Notes under the pieces: generated by a model
Databases searched by the model: none
What the model was told of the DNA's origin: nothing
The model's input: the letters and a program-made list of their open reading frames with translations, nothing else
Translations under genes and position numbers: made by a program
Shown here: positions 26,731 to 35,407 of the stretch, one piece after another
Position numbering within the stretch: the first letter of the stretch is position 1
Layout of the letters: every line of letters begins with the position of its first letter
Origin: Dehalococcoidales bacterium
GTDB lineage: Bacteria > Chloroflexota > Dehalococcoidia > Dehalococcoidales > RBG-16-60-22
Assembly: GCA_050018395.1 (NCBI GenBank)
Contig: JBEKAC010000002.1
Coordinates: forward strand, 84,429 to 148,428
Length of the DNA: 64,000 nucleotides
Direction: 5' to 3'

Positions 26731-28857
26731 ATGACTGACCCAAGATTCGAAAAGCTGATGGAACCCGGCAAAATAGGGAGTGTCACGACGCGGAACCGCA
26801 TCGTGAAGAGCGGGGCGGGGGTGATGATGTGGCACGAGGACGAGACCACGATGAACGGCAAAGTGCTGGCGTTTTACGAATCGCTGGCGCGGGGCGGCGT
26901 GGGGCTGCTAATCGTGGAATCTCCCACCATCGATTATCCCTCCGGGGCGCGGTGGCGGGGCCGTTACCGTATCGACGACGATAAATATCTGCCGGGCTTG
27001 AGCGAGCTGCCCAAACTGATCCACAAGTACGGCTGCCCCACCTTTATGCAGATGAACCACGATGGTCCGTGGCAGATTAATCTTTTCGAGGGGCCTGCTC
27101 CTCCGCCCGGGGCGCCTGAAGCCCCGCCCCCCTCCCCCTTTAAAGGGCCGCCCATCGCCGCCTCGCGCATCACCATAAAATCGGAGACGGACTTTCATAA
27201 TGAAATGCCGCGCGAGCTGACCATCCCGGAAATAGAAATCATCATCGATAAATTCGCCAGCGCCGCGGTGCGCGCCAGCAAAGCCGGCTTTGACGGAGTG
27301 GACATAAACGCTGCCAGCAGCCACTTGCTGCACAATTTTCTTTCGCCTTTCTGGAACCGGCGCAAGGACTTTTACGGCGGGAACCAGGAAAACCGCGCCC
27401 GCTTTGTGACGTCCATCGTTAAAGAAATCAAGAAACGCCTGGGGAAAGACTTTCCCGTGTCCGTGTGCATCAACGCCATTGAGATCGGCCAGACGGCCGG
27501 CATCGCCGATGAAAAATGCCTCACCATCGAAGAAAGCCACCAGACGGCGCGGCTGCTCCAGGAGGCCGGTGCGGACATGCTCCACATCCGCAGTCACTGG
27601 CTGGGTTACCATGTAGGCGCCTACCTGCCGGACCTGCTGTTCTACCCGGAGTCCGTCATCCCCGCCAACCGCTTTCCGGCCCAATATAATGCCGCATTGC
27701 GGGGGGCGGCGGCCAATGTCAACTTTGCGGCCGGCATCAAACAGGTGGTATCTATCCCGGTGATGGTGGTGGCCAAATTCAACCCGGAGCTCGGAGAGCA
27801 GGCCCTGCGCGAAGGCAAGGCGGACTTTATCGCCATGACGCGGCGTTTACAGGCGGACCCGGAGCTGCCCAATAAGGTGGCGGCGGGGCGGCTGGAGGAT
27901 ATCGCGCCCTGTACCGCCTGCGAAAACTGCCTGGGCAGCCAGCGCTGCCGCATCAACGCTTTCATGGGCAAGCCGTATAACACGATTGAAAAAGCCGAAA
28001 AAAAGAAAAATGTGGTGGTGGTGGGGGCGGGGCCGGCCGGGCTGGAAGCCGCCCGCGTGGCCGCCCTGCGCGGCCATGACGTTACCATCTATGACAAACA
28101 GACCAAGCTGGGCGGTCTGCTGCCTGTAGCCTCGATGGTCAAAGGCACGGAAATCGAGGACCTGCCGGGCATGGTGGACTATTTCCACCGCCAGCTCGTC
28201 AAGCTGGGCGTGAGGATAAAGCTCGGCACAGAAATCAGCGCCGCCTACATCGAGGCGCTCAAGCCGGACGCGGTGATTATCGCCACCGGCGGCACGCCGG
28301 CGATGCCGGAGATAAAAGGCATCAACAGCCGCAAGGTCGTCAGCAGCGCTAAACTGCACCGGCAACTGAAACTGCTGTTACGCTTTATGAAGCCGGAAAC
28401 TCTGCGGTCACTGACCAAATTCTATATGCCCATCGGTAAAAACGTGGTCATCATCGGGGGGAGCCTGCACGGTTGTGAGCTCGGTGAGTTCCTCCGCAAG
28501 CAGGGGAGAAAGGTCACCATCGTGGAAAAATCGGACATGCTGGGTCAGGGTATGGTCGACGTTATCCAGCAGTATCTCTTCAAGTGGTTCCGCAAGAAGA
28601 ACGTCACTTTAGTCAGCGGCGTCAAGGCGTACCTGGAGGTCACCGGTAAAGGGCTTTCGATAATTTCCCGGGAGGGCTACCGGCAGTTCATTAAAGCGGA
28701 CACGGTTATCCCCGCCCTGCCCCTCGTGCCCAATATGGAGCTGTACGAAAGCCTCAAGGGCAAAGTGCCGGAGCTTTACGCCGCCGGCGACTGCAAAGAG
28801 CCGCTGCTCATCGTCGATGCTATCGCGGCGGGGGCGGGCATCGCCCGGAATATTTAG
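26731..28857 (+). CDS. OYE-like FMN / 4Fe-4S / FAD-NAD(P) oxidoreductase (2,4-dienoyl-CoA or enoate reductase family)
   Basis: N-terminal OYE TIM barrel (MQMNHDGP, LLHNFLSP), a Cys cluster CTACENCLGSQRC and a C-terminal VVVVGAGPAGLEAA dinucleotide fold. Confidence 0.85.
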   Translation: MTDPRFEKLMEPGKIGSVTTRNRIVKSGAGVMMWHEDETTMNGKVLAFYESLARGGVGLLIVESPTIDYPSGARWRGRYRIDDDKYLPGLSELPKLIHKYGCPTFMQMNHDGPWQINLFEGPAPPPGAPEAPPPSPFKGPPIAASRITIKSETDFHNEMPRELTIPEIEIIIDKFASAAVRASKAGFDGVDINAASSHLLHNFLSPFWNRRKDFYGGNQENRARFVTSIVKEIKKRLGKDFPVSVCINAIEIGQTAGIADEKCLTIEESHQTARLLQEAGADMLHIRSHWLGYHVGAYLPDLLFYPESVIPANRFPAQYNAALRGAAANVNFAAGIKQVVSIPVMVVAKFNPELGEQALREGKADFIAMTRRLQADPELPNKVAAGRLEDIAPCTACENCLGSQRCRINAFMGKPYNTIEKAEKKKNVVVVGAGPAGLEAARVAALRGHDVTIYDKQTKLGGLLPVASMVKGTEIEDLPGMVDYFHRQLVKLGVRIKLGTEISAAYIEALKPDAVIIATGGTPAMPEIKGINSRKVVSSAKLHRQLKLLLRFMKPETLRSLTKFYMPIGKNVVIIGGSLHGCELGEFLRKQGRKVTIVEKSDMLGQGMVDVIQQYLFKWFRKKNVTLVSGVKAYLEVTGKGLSIISREGYRQFIKADTVIPALPLVPNMELYESLKGKVPELYAAGDCKEPLLIVDAIAAGAGIARNI

Positions 28858-28915
28858 GAGGAGACGGCGTAACAACAACGTTTACGAAAAGCTCAAATAA
28901 TAAGGAGGATTTTTT

Positions 28916-29377
28916 ATGCCGAAAAAAGACGTTAAAAAGTACTTCGTCAGCCAGCCTGCCTACGAAGTGACCCCGGGGTTCGAGGTTAAAGGGCGCCGCC
29001 CGGCGATGACGCTATTGAGCAATAATCTGGTCCCCAATACCAACATGTACATCGAGACCGGGTGGGTGTTCGCCATGCCGGACCCCAATCCGCATATCCA
29101 CGAGCACGTGCACGATTATGACGAGATAGTGATACACCTGGGGACGGACCCGCAAAACCAGGAGGACCTGGGCGGGGAAATCGAGTTCATGGTGGACGGT
29201 CAGCCGCTAATCATTAACAAAACGTCCACGGTCTATATACCCAAAGGCGTTAAGCACGGGCCGCTGACCTGGAAGAAATACTCCAGACCGCACCTCGAGC
29301 TGACGATAATGGTCGGCGCGGGCTCTTTGGCGCAGGCGGACCCGGGCGGGCATGAAAAAAGAAAGGGGAAAAAATAA
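28916..29377 (+). CDS. Cupin-like protein of unknown function (paralogue 1)
   Basis: EHVHDYDE...GTDP...LGGEIE...IPKGVKHGP. Shares these blocks with the next ORF. Confidence 0.5.
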   Translation: MPKKDVKKYFVSQPAYEVTPGFEVKGRRPAMTLLSNNLVPNTNMYIETGWVFAMPDPNPHIHEHVHDYDEIVIHLGTDPQNQEDLGGEIEFMVDGQPLIINKTSTVYIPKGVKHGPLTWKKYSRPHLELTIMVGAGSLAQADPGGHEKRKGKK

Positions 29378-29826
29378 TGGCTGGCAAAGTTGACAAGAAA
29401 TACTTCGTGACGGAACTAAAGGAAACCGTGGGCGACGCTCCCTGGACGCCGGTCTTCGCGGATAACGAGGGAGAGCGCGTGCTTTCGCTCGACGGCGAGG
29501 TCATCAAGGGCGCCTTTTACATGGAAACGGCGTGGTTTTTGCCCGGGGACTGGCCGCAGAAAACGGGGTCGCTTAAGTCGCGCACCATCGGGGAACACGT
29601 GCACGACTTCGATGAAGCGATTTCCTGGATGGGCAGCGACCCTGACGACAGGTATAACCTCAACGGGGAAGTAGAGCTCTGGATCGACGGCAAGCAGAAC
29701 TTCCTGACTAAAAGCTTTATCGCCTTCATTCCGGCAGGCACCAAGCACGGCCCGATAAACATCAGGAGAATCGACAAGCCGATGTTCCACTTCACGGCCG
29801 GAATGGGGAAGAAGTATGTGAAGTAG
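29377..29826 (+). CDS. Cupin-like protein of unknown function (paralogue 2)
   Basis: EHVHDFDE...GSDP...LNGEVE...IPAGTKHGP. The ATG abuts the stop of paralogue 1. Confidence 0.5.
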   Translation: MAGKVDKKYFVTELKETVGDAPWTPVFADNEGERVLSLDGEVIKGAFYMETAWFLPGDWPQKTGSLKSRTIGEHVHDFDEAISWMGSDPDDRYNLNGEVELWIDGKQNFLTKSFIAFIPAGTKHGPINIRRIDKPMFHFTAGMGKKYVK

Positions 29827-29832
29827 AGCAGA

Positions 29833-29876
29833 AAAATCCCCCGGATTCTTTTTTAGGGATTCGGGGGATTTTATTA
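29833..29876 (+). terminator. Intrinsic terminator after the cupin pair; also the left copy of a 19-bp direct repeat
   Basis: AAAATCCCCCG ... CGGGGGATTTT hairpin followed by a T-rich tail. Confidence 0.6.
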
Positions 29877-29901
29877 CAGATAACTAATATACTACCACAG
29901 C

Positions 29902-31416
29902 TTATGTTTCTATTTTTTCAATTTTCTTTTTTTGTGTTTCAATAAATGTTTTTACCACGTTTTGGTTATCGTTTTTCCACTGATTTATTATTTTGTTACA
30001 TCTATTACCCCAATATTTCTTTTCTTCATTAAACCATTGTTTCATTACCTCACGATTAGCTCCAAGAGTGGGTTTATGCATTAGGAAGACATTTTTGTTG
30101 TAACCACCGGGTGTTGAATCCCAGAAGGGGCTTTCTGGTGGTAATTCGTTTAAGTAATTTAAAAATACGTTTTCCGGACGAAGAGTACCTGGTAAAAATG
30201 AAACATTCTTTTGTCTCTTTAATTTTGCATCAGTAGATTTGTCTCCGTCGAGAACAATTAAACTATTCCTAAATTCTGGGAATTTTTCTTCTAACAAGCT
30301 TTTATATGAATCAGCACCATGATTGAATTTTTTAATTTCCAGTTTTGTACTAATATCTCTAGGAATCAAACCCTTAAGAAATATCCTGGCTTCCTCATCT
30401 TCTAAATATACATTGATTTTTCTCTTGATTTTCTTTGTACTAACTTCATGTCGTAAATCATCAATGATTCCATTCATTTGGTCTTTATCTTGTATTACCT
30501 CGACTGCACCAGTTGGATTATGTAGATAAATAATTTCAGAGGAATAATAATAATCCATTTTGTTAGGATCTAGCATATAGCCAATTATTTCTATTGAGTG
30601 GGTTGTGAAAATAATTTGTATATCATAATCTCTGGCTGCTTTTAAAAATACTTGCATTAACTGGCGTTGAGCGGCGGGGTAGAGCGTAGTATCTACTTCA
30701 TCAATTATCAGTAAACCACCAGGGTAGTTTTGTTGCATTTCTTCCTTAAGCTTCTTAAAAGATAATAATGCTAATATAATTTGTGCGAGATTGTCTTGCC
30801 CCGCAGAATTTCCGTATGCATCGTACTTTTCACACTCAGCATAAAAAATTTCTTTATTCCACGATTTAGTATGTTGAGGAACTACTTTGTCGTTAATAAC
30901 CAGTACTTGATTATGCCATTGTCTATAAAGCTCTTTATCTTCGTTTGTCAATTTGTTATCTTGTATAGTTCTGATTGACTTTTCACTTTCTTGAGCTAAA
31001 GGTATCAATCTTTTTAGGCTTAGATAAACTACAGGTAGTTTTACCTTTCCTTTGTTTCTTTGCCTAGTACCAACATCGATTCTAAACCGTTTATTCTTTC
31101 TATCATATCTAGACACAGCTTCCTTTTTACTTCCATCTTGAAATGTTAGTGAATAAGTATATTGTGATTGATAATCGTATTTAGGTGAAAACCGAAACAC
31201 TTCGGAAAATATGGTTTCAAAAGGTTTATTATCAATAGTTTTTACAATTTCTGAACTAATTCTAAATGAAAATATATGTCCTATTAAGCCAAGTAATGAA
31301 GATTTTCCAGTACCATTTACACCGGCAATAACTGTGATTTTTTCACCAATTTTCATGTCATTAAGATGGTTCAAATGTCTAAAACTAATGATTGATAATG
31401 ACTTAATTCGATTCAT
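29902..31416 (-). CDS. Stand-alone ABC/SMC-like ATPase with a C-terminal Toprim/DUF4435-like region (OLD- or PARIS-like)
   Basis: Walker A GVNGTGKSS, Walker B LLIIDEVDTTLYP and TTHS. The C-terminus has VYLEDEEARIF and LIVLDGDKS acidic motifs. Strongly AT-rich compared with its neighbours. The start could alternatively be 31452. Confidence 0.7.
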   Translation of the reverse strand: MNRIKSLSIISFRHLNHLNDMKIGEKITVIAGVNGTGKSSLLGLIGHIFSFRISSEIVKTIDNKPFETIFSEVFRFSPKYDYQSQYTYSLTFQDGSKKEAVSRYDRKNKRFRIDVGTRQRNKGKVKLPVVYLSLKRLIPLAQESEKSIRTIQDNKLTNEDKELYRQWHNQVLVINDKVVPQHTKSWNKEIFYAECEKYDAYGNSAGQDNLAQIILALLSFKKLKEEMQQNYPGGLLIIDEVDTTLYPAAQRQLMQVFLKAARDYDIQIIFTTHSIEIIGYMLDPNKMDYYYSSEIIYLHNPTGAVEVIQDKDQMNGIIDDLRHEVSTKKIKRKINVYLEDEEARIFLKGLIPRDISTKLEIKKFNHGADSYKSLLEEKFPEFRNSLIVLDGDKSTDAKLKRQKNVSFLPGTLRPENVFLNYLNELPPESPFWDSTPGGYNKNVFLMHKPTLGANREVMKQWFNEEKKYWGNRCNKIINQWKNDNQNVVKTFIETQKKKIEKIET

Positions 31417-31468
31417 GATGCCAATTATACACCTGAAATTGAATGTGCACAAGACATAATCTAACTAA

Positions 31469-31487
31469 AAAAATCCCCCGTATTCTT
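31469..31487. repeat. Right copy of the 19-bp direct repeat flanking the ATPase insert
   Basis: aaaaatcccccgtattctt versus aaaaatcccccggattctt at 29832-29850 (18 of 19 identical). Confidence 0.75.
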
Positions 31488-31608
31488 ATTAGGAATATGG
31501 TGACGAGGCTTCAAGTAATCCCCCGGACAAACGACTTTTACTTTTTGAGCCTTCGCCCGAATATGGTATAGTATTTCCAGTCAATTTCATCATATACATG
31601 GAGGTATT

Positions 31609-32487
31609 ATGTCCAAATTACTGGAAGGTCGGGTAGCGGTAGTCACCGGTTCCGGCAACGGCATCGGGCGGGCTGAGGCTATCGGGCTGGCGGCGCAGGG
31701 CGCCAGGGTAGTCGTCAACGATATCGGCACGTCGGTTGACGGCAAAGGGTCTTCGCAAAAACCGGCGGATGCGGTCGTCAGCGAGATAAAGAACTCCGGC
31801 GGCAGCGCCGTGGCCAATTACGACAGCGTGGCGACGGAAAAAGGGGCGGATGCCATCATCCAGGCCGCCATCGATAACTTCGGGCGCATCGACGTCTTAA
31901 TCAACAACGCCGGCGTGGTGTGCGCCTTGCGGGGCGTTGACGAAGTCCACTCCAGCGATTGGGAGAATGTCTTGAGAACTCACCTTTTCGGTACTTTTTA
32001 CTGCACGCGCCGCGCCGCCGCTTTTATGAAAAAACAGGGCTACGGCCGCATCGTCAATACTTCCTCGCACGTGGGGCTGGGGTGGAAAGGCAATACGGTT
32101 TACGGCGCCGCCAAGGAAGGCATCGTCGGTTTCACCCGCAGCGTGGCCCGTGATATGGCCGAATTCGGCGTCACCTGCAACGCCATCCGCCCATTGGCCG
32201 CCTGGAGAGGCTCCCCGGTAATCACGCCGGAAATGGCGCCGAACCGCCCGGAAGACATCGCCGCTTTGGTGGTCTACCTGGCCAGCGAGCAAGCCGACCA
32301 CATCAATGGGTGTATTTTTGAAGTCTGGCACGGGCACGTAGCGCTGTTTATCGAGCCGCCGCCGGTACTGGATACACTAAAAAAGGACGGCTCCTGGACG
32401 CCCGAGGAGCTGGCGAAGGCAATCGCGCAGACGCTGACCAAAGGACGGAGCCGGGAAAAGTTCGCGGAGACTTTCCACCTGGGGTAA
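31609..32487 (+). CDS. Short-chain dehydrogenase/reductase (SDR)
   Basis: VTGSGNGIGRA cofactor motif, NNAG and catalytic YGAAK. Confidence 0.9.
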   Translation: MSKLLEGRVAVVTGSGNGIGRAEAIGLAAQGARVVVNDIGTSVDGKGSSQKPADAVVSEIKNSGGSAVANYDSVATEKGADAIIQAAIDNFGRIDVLINNAGVVCALRGVDEVHSSDWENVLRTHLFGTFYCTRRAAAFMKKQGYGRIVNTSSHVGLGWKGNTVYGAAKEGIVGFTRSVARDMAEFGVTCNAIRPLAAWRGSPVITPEMAPNRPEDIAALVVYLASEQADHINGCIFEVWHGHVALFIEPPPVLDTLKKDGSWTPEELAKAIAQTLTKGRSREKFAETFHLG

Positions 32488-32497
32488 AGGGGCGGGG

Positions 32498-32683
32498 CGT
32501 ACGCACGCCTCTTTAATGCTGAAACAGGGAATCCACCCTAAAATAGTTCAGGAAAGACTTGGCCACTCAAGCATACAGATAACTCTTGATACTTATTCTC
32601 ACGTTGCTCCAGGCCTTCAAGAAGCTGCAGCTAAACGATTTGATGAAATTCTCAATATCACCGTCAGGATACAGTCTCAATAA
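32498..32683 (+). pseudogene. Remnant of a tyrosine recombinase gene (C-terminal roughly 60 codons only)
   Basis: Translates to R-THASLMLKQGIHPKIVQERLGHSSIQITLDTYSHVAPGLQEAAAKRFDEIL*. This is the HxxR / LGH...Y catalytic C-terminus. No N-terminal part is present, and it abuts the SDR stop. Confidence 0.7.
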
Positions 32684-32697
32684 TCTTATTTGTGATG

Positions 32698-33426
32698 TTA
32701 GACCATGTTGCCTAAAACGATAATACGGAGCCCTCGGGCCTCGTTACACCACTTCCAAGTTGAACGGTCTGAGGATTTGCCGGTAACGATAGGGACCTTA
32801 CACCTTGGCGGAATCTGGGTCTGTAGACAAGAAAAAAGCCCAACTACCCACCCAGCAAGAGGGTCGTTCAGCAATAATGGGTCGTCTGGGCCCGTCGGAA
32901 CGGCGTGCAGTTTATCCGAACGACCCCACGGGTCAACTTTACAACAATAGTGGCCGCTGCCTGTGAAGAGGCCTTCATCGAACACGAGAGTATTTCCGTC
33001 AAATCTTCTGTTATTGTCAAATCCTTCTCCATAGTATGCAATAACCCTGTAGAAGTTCTCGTCTCCCGGCACCCATAGCATACAGGCATTAGGAAGCACG
33101 ACATCTGGTATTATGGCTATTATAGGGTAGGTAGATCCGGTCATCTCCTTACCAGCAACGAGCATCACCTCACGCTCGCCGAGCAGTTTGGTTACCTCAC
33201 TGCCATAGTCCTTAGCTTGGTCTTGTATTCTTCTGATTACCCCCCTTACGTCCTCAATCCATTCGAACGTGGGTTGGTGATGCAAAATGCCCAAGCCGAT
33301 TACTATCTTTGCTACTCTCTCTTGAAGAGCATCAAGGTTTGAACCCACGTAAAGTGACTGCTGAGGGTCAAGTTGTTTTTGTTCCTGCGGAGCTTCAGGC
33401 TTTTTACGCTGAAACAACCATTTCAT
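32698..33426 (-). CDS. Hypothetical protein (242 aa)
   Basis: Long ORF with a GGAGG RBS (aggaggcaaagcATG). No family recognised. Lies between the integrase remnant and the island boundary. Confidence 0.5.
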   Translation of the reverse strand: MKWLFQRKKPEAPQEQKQLDPQQSLYVGSNLDALQERVAKIVIGLGILHHQPTFEWIEDVRGVIRRIQDQAKDYGSEVTKLLGEREVMLVAGKEMTGSTYPIIAIIPDVVLPNACMLWVPGDENFYRVIAYYGEGFDNNRRFDGNTLVFDEGLFTGSGHYCCKVDPWGRSDKLHAVPTGPDDPLLLNDPLAGWVVGLFSCLQTQIPPRCKVPIVTGKSSDRSTWKWCNEARGLRIIVLGNMV

Positions 33427-33552
33427 GCTTTGCCTCCTGAAGTCTTCATATTAGGTAAATTGATATTTTTTTACTCTCCCGAACTTAATTTTGTTTTATT
33501 TTACCACCTATGCCAAGCTTTTTGTTAAAATAACACGTTAGCAATCGGTTAG

Positions 33553-33590
33553 CAAAAAAGAAAGCCCGCCATGTTTCAGGTGGGCTTTTT
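33553..33590 (-). terminator. Probable original terminator of the tRNA-fMet gene, now separated from it by the island
   Basis: Minus strand reads AAGCCCACC-tgaaacat-GGCGGGCTT followed by TCTTTTTT. It lies immediately beyond the partial tRNA copy. Confidence 0.5.
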
Positions 33591-33596
33591 ATTCAT

Positions 33597-33636
33597 TGGT
33601 AGCGGGGGTTGGATTTGAACCAACGACCTCCGGGTT
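33597..33636. repeat. attR-like 40-bp partial copy of the tRNA-fMet 3' end
   Basis: tggtagcgggggttggatttgaaccaacgacctccgggtt is identical to 50664-50703. Confidence 0.9.
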
Positions 33637-33699
33637 GTTGGCTTAATTTCCCGTCGTCTGTTGTGCATCGTCCCATGTCTAATCGCATTCTTGTCTCCT

Positions 33700-33876
33700 T
33701 TATTCGACAATGACCGTCAATTTATTCTGACTGTTCCATTCAAGTCTGACAAACAAATATTCTTCACCTTCGATAATAACTGCCTCGCCCCGGTTGCACG
33801 GTACAAGAGCTGTATCCATATATCCTATCAAAACATCAGTGCAATTTAACCTGACCGGCACTATCTGCGTTGCCAT
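33700..33876 (-). CDS. Small hypothetical protein (58 aa)
   Basis: AGAGG RBS lies before the second Met (MATQIVPV). It overlaps the 3' end of the upstream ORF. Confidence 0.3.
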   Translation of the reverse strand: MATQIVPVRLNCTDVLIGYMDTALVPCNRGEAVIIEGEEYLFVRLEWNSQNKLTVIVE

Positions 33877-34129
33877 ACTCACCTCTTTCGTCCTCAGCCT
33901 TTACCTCGGCCCGCGCCTTTTTCGCGCGCTTTTTGGATTTTGGGGTCGCTGGGGATTGTCTGGTGGTCGTGTCGGCGAGCCGGTCTGTCTCTAGTTGGGC
34001 AAGGTATGCATTAGTAGCCGGGAGCAACAGGTCTGACCATTTGAGGTTTAACTTGAGCCTGCGCTCATTGATTTTGTCCCAGTCTGCCTTAGTAACCTGT
34101 GCCTGGAGCCATGTAATTATTTCTGCCAT
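33836..34129 (-). CDS. Hypothetical protein (97 aa) with a basic C-terminal tail
   Basis: Strong RBS (GGAGGTAAAACATG). Confidence 0.5.
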   Translation of the reverse strand: MAEIITWLQAQVTKADWDKINERRLKLNLKWSDLLLPATNAYLAQLETDRLADTTTRQSPATPKSKKRAKKARAEVKAEDERGEYGNADSAGQVKLH

Positions 34130-34357
34130 GTTTTACCTCCGGTTTACTTTTGAAGATGATTCTAGGATGTAGGCGGAGATATACACAACTCGAGGCTGGC
34201 GTGATTTTAGCGAAGGGTAATGGCCGGGAGTGTAAAGTTAGCGCGAGACTGTTACGTTCGACCAATATCATGGAGTTTGCTTCCACTATCTGGTTTTTTC
34301 ACAAATGTTACGGAGGTATGATATACAAGTTATGTGAAGATAAAAAATTGATAATGG

Positions 34358-34732
34358 TTATTCGTGAATAGAAGCTTTAAATTCCAAATAAGTGAGATAA
34401 TCGGCGATTTCTTCTATTTGGTCTTCTGGAAGGTCAGACATCTGTTGTTTAACCTGGTTAAGGTTATTTGCGAACGTCGCCGCAAAGTCCATCTCCGTCA
34501 TGCCCAGTATTTGAAGAAGATGGTTTGGTTTTTTGCCAAGATGCGAAGATAATTTTCTGATTACGCTGACAGTAGGTTTTCTATCTCCAGTTTCCAATTT
34601 ACTTATATAGCATGCTGATACGCCTGACAAACTAGCTAATTTTGCCAGAGAATATTTTATCGTTCCCTCACGACGTAACCGTCTGAGTTCTCGTCCAAAA
34701 TTATTTACTGGCTCCTTCATTACTAAGACCAC
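34358..34732 (-). CDS. XRE-family helix-turn-helix transcriptional regulator
   Basis: FGRELRRLRREGTIKYSLAKLASLSGVSACYISKLETGDRKPT is a classical Cro/C1 HTH. Confidence 0.85.
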   Translation of the reverse strand: MVLVMKEPVNNFGRELRRLRREGTIKYSLAKLASLSGVSACYISKLETGDRKPTVSVIRKLSSHLGKKPNHLLQILGMTEMDFAATFANNLNQVKQQMSDLPEDQIEEIADYLTYLEFKASIHE

Positions 34733-34756
34733 CTACCTAAACAAATGGTAAAATAA

Positions 34757-34864
34757 ATTATATACATAAAGTATAATAAATTCAATACTTTTCTTGACAT
34801 TTTTTTAATTTTATATTATAATTGCTTCGACAAAGCAATATTAATATTATACTTTATGTATATA
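34757..34864. promoter_or_regulatory. Divergent promoter region with two identical 20-bp operators in inverted orientation
   Basis: O1 is 34759-34778 (TATATACATAAAGTATAATA) and O2 is 34845-34864 (its exact reverse complement). Each contains the dyad TATAC-N5-GTATA. The plus-strand promoter is TTGACA (34794-99)-17-TATAAT (34817-22). The minus-strand promoter TTGAAT-17-TATAAT overlaps O1. Confidence 0.6.
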
Positions 34865-34951
34865 TTGAGTGTAATTGAGAAATGTTGACACCCAATATTT
34901 AAGCAGTTGTATAATGAAAACTCTCCTTCGAAAAAGTTAAGGAGGTGTAAA

Positions 34952-35407
34952 ATGGCAATGGAATCAATTATCGGTAGACCGATATCATTAGAGCTAGACC
35001 TATCTATTCTTTCAGATAGAGTAATTAATACCATTTCACGTAAAGGTAACTTTACGCGAGAGGACAGAGTAATTTTTCAAAAAGCAGTTGATTTCTTGGA
35101 GAATGTACAAAAAGGTGGAGATGCGGTGAATCGCCTTGAGCTAAACGCCGCAACAGGAGAGGAAATCGAATCATTCGGATTAGCAAATCAAACATATGAA
35201 GTATTAGGTAAAGGCCGACGACTAAAAGAACAATCCGAAAGGATTAAGGTATTAAGTAAATTAATTTCTGTAGCCAAACAATTGTCACAGGATACATCAA
35301 TACCTGCTGAAAAAGATGTTAAAGAATTGTATGAATTTTTCCGTTCAGCGAAGGAGATTACAAATCGTCTGACGGCAGGTGAGATTGACCAAGTCAAAAT
35401 CGGATAA
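34952..35407 (+). CDS. Hypothetical alpha-helical protein (151 aa), first gene of the XRE-controlled operon
   Basis: AAGGAGG RBS lies before ATG 34952 (MAMESIIGRP). No family recognised. Confidence 0.55.
   Translation: MAMESIIGRPISLELDLSILSDRVINTISRKGNFTREDRVIFQKAVDFLENVQKGGDAVNRLELNAATGEEIESFGLANQTYEVLGKGRRLKEQSERIKVLSKLISVAKQLSQDTSIPAEKDVKELYEFFRSAKEITNRLTAGEIDQVKIG

Noticed and set aside
26908-27684. 258-aa ORF antisense to the OYE-type reductase (also 27642-28088 and 27847-28365)
   Set aside because: Antisense artefacts within a well-supported 708-aa gene.
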